23,657 nucleotides of DNA from positions 1-23,657 of the forward strand of contig JBNKNM010000075.1 in assembly GCA_050293845.1 (NCBI GenBank), given 5' to 3'. Made by a program: the position numbers and the translations under genes. The stretch is from Pseudobacteriovorax sp. (GTDB lineage: Bacteria; Bdellovibrionota_B; Oligoflexia; Oligoflexales; Oligoflexaceae). The notes beneath the pieces were generated by a model, which saw nothing but the letters and a program-made list of their open reading frames with translations, had not been told where the DNA came from and searched no databases. Each line of letters starts with the position of its first letter. Positions within the stretch are counted from its first letter, which is position 1. Shown in pieces: positions 17,141 to 23,657 of this stretch.

Positions 17141-17374
17141 CACTACCCACCTCAACTTTGCATTAGTCTCATAATTCTAGAGGATTAGCTAATTTACGGC
17201 TTTGGACATTGAATAAGCACAAGTATAGTAGCGGCTGTCTCTAGTAAATCACCTATATCATAAAGAAATCAACGAGCATCTTATAACCGGTTCGGGGTTT
17301 CCATACTGAGGTGGCTGGAATCCTTTCGCATAACAAGCTGAAATTAAAGTATATTATAGGATACTCTTTTAGGA

Positions 17375-19138
17375 ATGATCTTTGCATTCTTTAAAGGATG
17401 CATGAGAGAAGAAACACCAACCGTGGGATTTAATAGCATGATTTATAATTGTATAGGGTTAATACTCTTGTTTTACCAGGTGCTGGCTGTGAGCAGCTGT
17501 GACAATCGTAGTAAAAAGGAAAATCAGTCTGTAAATGATGAGGCTCTGCAACAGCCTAAGGTAGCTGCCTTTGAACCCGCCTTACAAAATAAAATTTTCA
17601 TCAATCTTTTGGAAGAAGTCAATAATGGGACTTGTACCGAAGAAAAAAGTAAGCCGGAAACGCGCCTTCTTAGCTCAAATGAGTATATATTAGCTACTAA
17701 GTTTATCTTTGATATTAGTATAGATGAACAGGTTCTAAAATCCAGCCTTCCTGCCCAGACTGTGATTATGGGATATGAACACCTAAGGCAATTCAATATT
17801 CTTTCGCCGGAGAAATTAGAAACCTATGGGAACGTAAATAAGACGATTGTGGAAAGCTTTATTAGTAGGTCAGGTCAGAATGTAATAAATTGTGGTTCCG
17901 ATGCTAAGATATGTGTGAAGCGATGGCTTAAGGAGAAACTTCCCATTATCTGGCGTATGGAAATTGATGAAGAAACCATTGATCGAGAACTTGCATTTTT
18001 TACGAGTGCAGGTGGGAATATTGAAGCTTTTTCTGAGCTTAATGAAAGGCTTCTTTTATCTCCTTATTTTCTCTATCGGCGAAATTTTGGTCTTTCAGGT
18101 CAATTATCTAGTTGGGAGGTGGCCTCCACTCTATCTGATGTGTTATGGGCAGGTCAATTGACTGATGAATTGGTGCAGCTAGCCAATAACAAACAGCTTA
18201 GCAATGAAACGCAGATCCGCCAACAAGCAATCAAGATGATTGCTGATGATCGTTTCTATGAAGGTTTAGATAATTTTGTGCGTGCTTGGATGACGACAAA
18301 AGTTATTGATAGCAAAAACTTTGCTGGTAACAGCGAATTTATGCTCAATGAACAACTCAAGAATGATCTAACCCGAGAAGCTTCGGCTTACCTATACTAC
18401 TTGATTCGTACCCAACAGGATAATATGAATGGAATTTTTGGTTCGAATTTTACTATTGGTTCCAGTGCGGAGGCTCAGTTATTTGGCTTTTCGCAAGCTG
18501 ATAACATTCAATTATCAGGTTTACCTGGAGGGCTTGTCAAACTTGCTTACCCACAAGGGCGTGTTGGTTTGTTGAGTCAGCCAAGTTTTGCTATCATAGC
18601 CAGTAATCTTGCAAAAACTAATCCGGCATTACGTGGTAAAAATGTTCTTGAAAAGTTTCTTTGTCATAACTTGGAAACACCAGATAATTTAGGGGAAATT
18701 GTCGCTAATACAAAATTCGATACCAATGTTAGTGTTATCGATGCTTTCGATAAAGCGACAGGATCGGGGTCATGTGGCCAGTGTCATCAGTATGTAAATG
18801 GTGTTGGCTTTGGTATGGAAGATATGGCCTCCACTGGTCAGATGCAATCTATCGATAATCATCAAAAGCCTGTAGTCCCTAATGGCGAGCTTTTGACTCT
18901 TTCAGGTGAAAGAACTACTTTTAATGGTATAGCCGGGCTGAACGAAGTTTTGGGAGCTTCTCAAGAAGTTGAAGTTTGTATCGTTGTGCAAGCTTTCCGC
19001 ATGATTCATGGTCGTCTGGAAGAAGAGCGGGATATTTGCACCATCGCCTCTGCTTATAAAACATCCTCTCAGGGTGCTCTGAGATTTAATGAAGTCTTTA
19101 CTAATTTATTAACACAAAAATCCTTTCTTTCACGATAA
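17375..19138 (+). CDS. DUF1592/DUF1588/DUF1585-domain monoheme protein, probable lipoprotein
   Basis: RLLSSNEY, LLLSPYFLYR, LSSWEVASTLS, RVGLLSQPSF, TNPALRGKNVLEKFLC, CGQCH...GFGMED. Likely start is ATG 17438 (MIYNCIGLILLFYQVLAVSS-C). Confidence 0.88.
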   Translation: MIFAFFKGCMREETPTVGFNSMIYNCIGLILLFYQVLAVSSCDNRSKKENQSVNDEALQQPKVAAFEPALQNKIFINLLEEVNNGTCTEEKSKPETRLLSSNEYILATKFIFDISIDEQVLKSSLPAQTVIMGYEHLRQFNILSPEKLETYGNVNKTIVESFISRSGQNVINCGSDAKICVKRWLKEKLPIIWRMEIDEETIDRELAFFTSAGGNIEAFSELNERLLLSPYFLYRRNFGLSGQLSSWEVASTLSDVLWAGQLTDELVQLANNKQLSNETQIRQQAIKMIADDRFYEGLDNFVRAWMTTKVIDSKNFAGNSEFMLNEQLKNDLTREASAYLYYLIRTQQDNMNGIFGSNFTIGSSAEAQLFGFSQADNIQLSGLPGGLVKLAYPQGRVGLLSQPSFAIIASNLAKTNPALRGKNVLEKFLCHNLETPDNLGEIVANTKFDTNVSVIDAFDKATGSGSCGQCHQYVNGVGFGMEDMASTGQMQSIDNHQKPVVPNGELLTLSGERTTFNGIAGLNEVLGASQEVEVCIVVQAFRMIHGRLEEERDICTIASAYKTSSQGALRFNEVFTNLLTQKSFLSR

Positions 19139-19152
19139 ATCGGGGGGCACAC

Positions 19153-20412
19153 ATGATAATTAAGAGGATTAATAGACGTTCTTTTTTTCGTTATGCTAGT
19201 AATGGTATTATTGCCGGAGCCTTAGGTAGGGTTTTTCAAGAGACCCAAGCTTTTGGAATAGAGGGAAGTTTAAAATTATTGATTTGTACCACCCCTAATG
19301 GACACTTCAGTTTTGACAGTACAAGAACAGCTCTTAGCTCTTCCTTAAGTCCGTCAACCTTGTCGCAATATGCACTATTTTTAAAAGGTTTAGACAATGC
19401 GTCCACAGTGAATGAAGGGGGAGAAGGAATTGGTGATTGGCATGGAGGAGAGAGTGCCCTGTTAAGCTTCAATACTTTTAAATCTTCTGGTCCTTCATTT
19501 TACACTACCATAGCAGGACTTAATAAAGCATATTTGGGGGTTGATGTTGGTGATAGGGTTTATGCTCGCGACTCTTCGGGAGGGCAAGTAGCGGTGCTCA
19601 ATGATCCCAGTTCAGCGTTGCGATCAGTTTTTGGAGGTTCTGCGCTGAGACTGAACTCCTACGATATGGCTTTAGTGCAAAGTGGGAAAAAGAGCATATT
19701 AGACTCCTGCCTTGAGGACGTGAGTAGGATTCGACGTGACTTAGGTGGCGATGGAGCTTTGTTTGATGACTATGTCTATGCTCTACAGGATATGCTGAAG
19801 AAGACATCTTCAGTAGAGAGTGGGGAAGAAGGGTCTGCAGGTGATACTGGAAGTGCAGGAGAACCTTATGAAGCTCCCACTTGTAATAAGAATGCAGTGA
19901 TTAATAGCGGTAATAGCGTTGACGAGAGACATCAGGGTATGCTGGATGTAGCTTATCAAATCATGGCCTGTGATGCCGCTCAGGTTATTGTGCTTTCTTT
20001 CTTAAATAATAATAGTGATCCTCAGCACCAATTTATTCATGGTGATGGTTCGAATGATGGGGGGCAGCGTTTTAAGGGTTTTTGTGATGATGCCCAACGG
20101 CGCATTGGAACTTTAGCGGAGCGGATGGCTTCAGGAGGCTATAATCTGTTAGACCGATCGGCTATCGTTTATATGAGCGAAGGGGGAGAGCATTTCATAA
20201 ATGGCAACTTTAACAATCAACATCCTCAGAAGAATATTCCTTGTGCTCTATTTGGCAAGCTAGGCGGAGTCATTGGTAAGAAGGGAATCCTTCAGGTTGA
20301 TGGTATGACAAACCGTAATCTATGGCGCTCTTTTGCTGATGGAATGGCATCTGGGGAGGCTTCTTTAGATGCCATAGGTGGTAGTGGTGTGACGCCTCTA
20401 CCTTTAGTATAG
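19153..20412 (+). CDS. Tat-exported DUF1552-family protein
   Basis: INRRSFFR twin-Arg signal, TPNG, LFLKGLDN, KSILD, MACD, NLLDRSAIVYMSEG, H-x3-NIP. Lies 14 nt after the DUF1592/1588 gene, the usual pairing. Confidence 0.85.
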   Translation: MIIKRINRRSFFRYASNGIIAGALGRVFQETQAFGIEGSLKLLICTTPNGHFSFDSTRTALSSSLSPSTLSQYALFLKGLDNASTVNEGGEGIGDWHGGESALLSFNTFKSSGPSFYTTIAGLNKAYLGVDVGDRVYARDSSGGQVAVLNDPSSALRSVFGGSALRLNSYDMALVQSGKKSILDSCLEDVSRIRRDLGGDGALFDDYVYALQDMLKKTSSVESGEEGSAGDTGSAGEPYEAPTCNKNAVINSGNSVDERHQGMLDVAYQIMACDAAQVIVLSFLNNNSDPQHQFIHGDGSNDGGQRFKGFCDDAQRRIGTLAERMASGGYNLLDRSAIVYMSEGGEHFINGNFNNQHPQKNIPCALFGKLGGVIGKKGILQVDGMTNRNLWRSFADGMASGEASLDAIGGSGVTPLPLV

Positions 20413-20467
20413 GAATATAAAGGTTGTCCAATACGATTTTGAGTTAGAAGGTTCTTACTTTAATTGA

Positions 20468-20504
20468 ATAAAAAATTGCCGGAGTGATTATTCATCCCGG
20501 CAAA
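20468..20504 (-). terminator. intrinsic terminator between convergent genes
   Basis: TTGCCGG (20476-20482) / CCGGCAA (20497-20503) stem, followed on the minus strand by TTTTTT. Confidence 0.7.
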
Positions 20505-20538
20505 TGGTCTACAAGGTATCTGGCTTTACATTCACTAA

Positions 20539-20790
20539 CTATTTGCTTACCCAAAAATGTTCTATACCTTCGGTGATTTCCTGAGGTAGCAAAACTGCTT
20601 TGGGCTTCAGCTTTCCCGCTTGAGTTGCGAGTTCTTCGGTTGTTAGCTCAGAACTAAATAGTTCATTCCAAAACTGGTTGATTTCTTCCACACGGTCGGG
20701 GTTGGGTGTGAAATTAAAGGTTGCGAAATTGGTTCCAGCAAAAGATGAGCCGGCGAAAAACAAAGTAGTTAGGGCTAGAAGTATTTTCAT
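20539..20790 (-). CDS. small secreted hypothetical protein (83 aa)
   Basis: ATG 20790 with GAGGAG RBS (20798-20803) and signal peptide MKILLALTTLFFAGSSFA. Confidence 0.8.
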   Translation of the reverse strand: MKILLALTTLFFAGSSFAGTNFATFNFTPNPDRVEEINQFWNELFSSELTTEELATQAGKLKPKAVLLPQEITEGIEHFWVSK

Positions 20791-21015
20791 AGTTATTCTC
20801 CTCACAAGATTATTTGTTTGTCATATGAGACTTATCGAACAAGGAGAAAAAAAAATAAAATGATTGTTCAAATTGCATTTAACTATCTATAATTACATTA
20901 TTTTTATTTGATCTTTGAGGTGGAATTAAATGTTTATAGTCCTTTAGGATAATCTAGAAACTCGATGACAGCTCCCATTTTGAATGCTCCTTTTGGACGG
21001 TTCTATGTATCAACT

Positions 21016-21705
21016 TTAAAAGATAATCGGTATTACAACATAGTTTAATTTGGAACTACAGCTGAAAGTCTGATCCAGTGAACCTGTTAAATAGTTTTTC
21101 TGGGATATGATAACCTCAAAACCATCTTGAGCTATCGATCTGGTAATTTCAGGAAAGTCCAATGATTTCAAATCGGGATACTTCAAATTTTCCCTTTGAA
21201 AAAGTATTTCACCTTGGTGTTTAACAGAAATACTTAATAAGAGAAGTTCCCAGTACCTTTCGTCTGTTAGAGAAATATTACTCTTAGCATAGCCTAAGGT
21301 AAAATTGTTAGGATCAAAAAGGGGACATGCATCATCAATACGGGGAAGCTCGATAGTTTTTAAAGTAATATTACCAGAATACAACTTATCCAAGACCAGG
21401 CCGCGGCGATCATTATCCCTAATAAACACCAGCTCCGCTTGCTCTGGCTTTTTTAAGCAGCCCCCCGCTGTGATCATCTCGGGAACTTCTTTCCATTGTT
21501 GTTCTGGGGATGGTTTTAAGTAGGCGAGTAACTCTGTATTTTGATCATAAGTCTCCACCTGATGAAGGGAGTAACCTGATTCTGGCAATTCCCGGCAAGA
21601 ATAGGCGACCCTGTTAAAGCTATTCGAGAAATCTGAACCGCAAGCTTCCAGAAGACAAGTAGAGACTATTATATATACCATACGCATCACGACAAGAACC
21701 CTCAT
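21016..21705 (-). CDS. hypothetical lipoprotein
   Basis: 229-aa ORF with a hydrophobic N-terminus ending LEA-C. No family recognised. Confidence 0.7.
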   Translation of the reverse strand: MRVLVVMRMVYIIVSTCLLEACGSDFSNSFNRVAYSCRELPESGYSLHQVETYDQNTELLAYLKPSPEQQWKEVPEMITAGGCLKKPEQAELVFIRDNDRRGLVLDKLYSGNITLKTIELPRIDDACPLFDPNNFTLGYAKSNISLTDERYWELLLLSISVKHQGEILFQRENLKYPDLKSLDFPEITRSIAQDGFEVIISQKNYLTGSLDQTFSCSSKLNYVVIPIIF

Positions 21706-21758
21706 CTATTCTGCAGTATCACTTATCATAAAAGCTATAATGACGCAATGAAAAATAC

Positions 21759-21817
21759 TGGGAAATATATGAAGGTTAAGCGCGATTTCCCACAGAAAGT
21801 GCTATATTTCCCATAGA
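21759..21817. promoter_or_regulatory. direct plus inverted repeat array, probable regulator-binding site
   Basis: ATTTCCCACAGA (21785-21796) and ATTTCCCATAGA (21806-21817) at 21-bp period. TGGGAAATATA (21759-21769) is the exact reverse complement of TATATTTCCCA (21803-21813). Confidence 0.5.
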
Positions 21818-21841
21818 TACCTCAGCTATTCTGTAAGATAG

Positions 21842-22534
21842 TTAACGAATTATTGTAACTATACCAGCGGCTAACAAAAATAAAACAACGAACCAACTAA
21901 GTAAAAAAGGCGGCATTTTTCGGGAAATTATCAATGGCACATAAGTTGCTCCAAGCATGACGGGAACGGTTCCAAGACCAAAGGCAAGCAGCAGGAGCGC
22001 TCCCTTGATGGAGCTTTGAGACGTAGCTGCCAAAGCAAGAACGGGTGTGAGAGTCATACAGGGGAGAAAAACAGTTATGAAGCCAAATCCGAATTCACGA
22101 AGACCGGTAGGCCAAACGTTCATGAAAGAAACAAGTCGCGTCAACTTAACGTTTGGCGTAGATAATTCTATTCTCCACACCCTCAGTAAATTACCTGCCT
22201 TGAGCATGGCTACTAGTATTAAGACAACACCCAAAAAGTACGCAAGAAAGCGCCCTAATTGTGGCATCGCTGTCAGGATTATTTCTCCCGTTCCGCCCAA
22301 TATTAGCCCAGCAACGGAGTATGAAAGAATGCGACCCATATTATAGATCCAAACTCCAGGACTAGTAAGTTTTCCACGATTGCCCAAGTATGAGCATACC
22401 AATGGAGCACACATGAAAGCACAGTGCAGCGAGCTGAGAAAACTAAATGAGAAAATCGAAATAAACTCAATCAAGTCTAGAGGATTAAGTTCAGAAAGCA
22501 TATGGGTGAGATGATTATGAGCGGAATGGTCCAC
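21842..22534 (-). CDS. DsbD_2 / sulfite exporter TauE-SafE-like membrane protein (cbb3 oxidase maturation-associated)
   Basis: SSLHCAFMCAPL, YNMGRILSY, FLPC, AFGLGTVP, about 6 TM segments, His-rich N-terminus. GTG start with AGGAGG RBS. Confidence 0.9.
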   Translation of the reverse strand: MDHSAHNHLTHMLSELNPLDLIEFISIFSFSFLSSLHCAFMCAPLVCSYLGNRGKLTSPGVWIYNMGRILSYSVAGLILGGTGEIILTAMPQLGRFLAYFLGVVLILVAMLKAGNLLRVWRIELSTPNVKLTRLVSFMNVWPTGLREFGFGFITVFLPCMTLTPVLALAATSQSSIKGALLLLAFGLGTVPVMLGATYVPLIISRKMPPFLLSWFVVLFLLAAGIVTIIR

Positions 22535-22546
22535 GAGCAGCCTCCT

Positions 22547-23657
22547 ATGACGCTAGAGAAACTATGCAAACACTGTGATAACCCGATTCCCACAAACTTT
22601 TCAAAACAATTCTGCTGTCATGGTTGCGAAACCGCTTTTCATATGATCAAGGGACTTCACTTGGAGCGCTACTATGAGTTCAACAATCGTCGTAATGCTC
22701 CCCCCAGAATCAGAGAGGATTTTGATAGCGAGATTTATGATGACATCGAATTTCAGAAGGAGTTTTGTCAATCTAGTACCCTCCCATATCGTACCTGTCA
22801 CCTCTTTCTCAACAATTTAGATTGTTATGCCTGCTCGTGGGTTTGTGAGAAAGCGGTCAAAAAACTCGACAGCGATGCAAAAATTTTTATTAATTTATCG
22901 TCAGGGTCTGCCACAATCATATACAACCCTGAGCGCACAAAACTAAGTAAGATAATAAAATTACTCTTTGACTTAGGGTACCCAGCCTCGCCTAACCGCG
23001 ACCACGATAATAATAATCGAACCGATATTCTGCGGGTTGGTGTAGCATTCTTCTGTTTTATGAATATCATGCTGCTGGCTACAGCGGACTACATTGGCGA
23101 TGATTTAACAGGCAATTTTTTTCACTTATTTCGTTACATTGGCATGGGTCTCGCTATAATTTGCTTACTTTATGCCGGTGTACCTTTTTACAGTAATACA
23201 GTGCGTGCGCTTCTTAATAAACAACTTCATCTTGACCTTCCTATTTCCATAGCACTCCTGTCCTCCTTTGGATATTCTACATACCATGTTTTTAGAGGTG
23301 TTGGTCCCATATACTTTGACTCACTATCCGCAATCATATTCTTGTTGCTTGTGGGGCGTTTTATTCAGAAAAAAGCTATCCACAGAATTGAAAGATCTTA
23401 TTTAGCGGAACGATCTACTGAATCGACACACATCAGACGCCTCAGTCCTTTGGGAAAAGATGAAGCAGTGATACCATTAAAGAAAATAAAAAAGAGAGAT
23501 CACCTAAAACTTCTTCCAGGCGATATAGTTCCTGTACAATGTAAAATAATTTCAGGGAAGGGCGAATATAACCTTGAATTCATGACCGGAGAATCCGAAT
23601 GGCACCAATGCCATTCACAACTATCCATTCCTTCCGGTGCTCTTGTTGGAAAATCCC
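22547..23657 (+). CDS. ccoI: heavy-metal P1B-type ATPase of CcoI/FixI type, 5' part (runs off the window)
   Basis: My translation is open to the window end: CKHC...FCCHGC...GLHLERYY, HMA LDCYACSW, LRVGVAFFCFMNIML, DLPISIAL, YFDS, VGRFIQ, PGDIVP, MTGES. Not in the ORF track. Confidence 0.92.
   Translation, partial: MTLEKLCKHCDNPIPTNFSKQFCCHGCETAFHMIKGLHLERYYEFNNRRNAPPRIREDFDSEIYDDIEFQKEFCQSSTLPYRTCHLFLNNLDCYACSWVCEKAVKKLDSDAKIFINLSSGSATIIYNPERTKLSKIIKLLFDLGYPASPNRDHDNNNRTDILRVGVAFFCFMNIMLLATADYIGDDLTGNFFHLFRYIGMGLAIICLLYAGVPFYSNTVRALLNKQLHLDLPISIALLSSFGYSTYHVFRGVGPIYFDSLSAIIFLLLVGRFIQKKAIHRIERSYLAERSTESTHIRRLSPLGKDEAVIPLKKIKKRDHLKLLPGDIVPVQCKIISGKGEYNLEFMTGESEWHQCHSQLSIPSGALVGKS

Noticed and set aside
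22047..23070. ORFs 22047..22346(+), 22601..22801(-), 22825..23070(-)
   Set aside because: Antisense shadows of the DsbD_2 gene and ccoI.
1..23657. CRISPR array, tRNA/rRNA, IS element or known riboswitch
   Set aside because: No spaced repeats, cloverleafs, transposase motifs or recognisable aptamers seen by eye. An Rfam scan is needed to exclude ncRNAs.

Overview
Gene-dense, AT-leaning bacterial chromosomal window with no rRNA, tRNA, CRISPR or mobile element that I can support. The gene content (Cys-rich secreted proteins, DUF1501/DUF1552/DUF1588-type modules, receiver-TPR protein, recurring sigma28-like promoters) suggests Bdellovibrionota/Oligoflexia, but that is inference only. In order: tail of a sensor histidine kinase; CheY-like receiver; LigD with intact phosphoesterase and polymerase domains but a degenerate, OB-less ligase domain; a 198-aa unknown; a stand-alone ligase adenylation domain (KIHGHR); LysR; two secreted proteins; pseudo-receiver-TPR; a 3-gene cytochrome/lipoprotein/Tat operon; a small lipoprotein; a diheme cytochrome-porin fusion divergent from a tetraheme lipoprotein; epmC; a DEDDh exonuclease with a degenerate GIY-YIG domain; a DUF1592/1588 + DUF1552 pair; two secreted unknowns; a DsbD_2/TauE-family membrane protein; and the 5' part of a CcoI/FixI P1B-ATPase that the ORF track missed. 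The best candidates for an undescribed system are (1) a possible split, Ku-less end-joining locus (599-4275) and (2) a possible outer-membrane electron conduit (12839-14512). All family calls come from motif recognition by eye; no searches were run.
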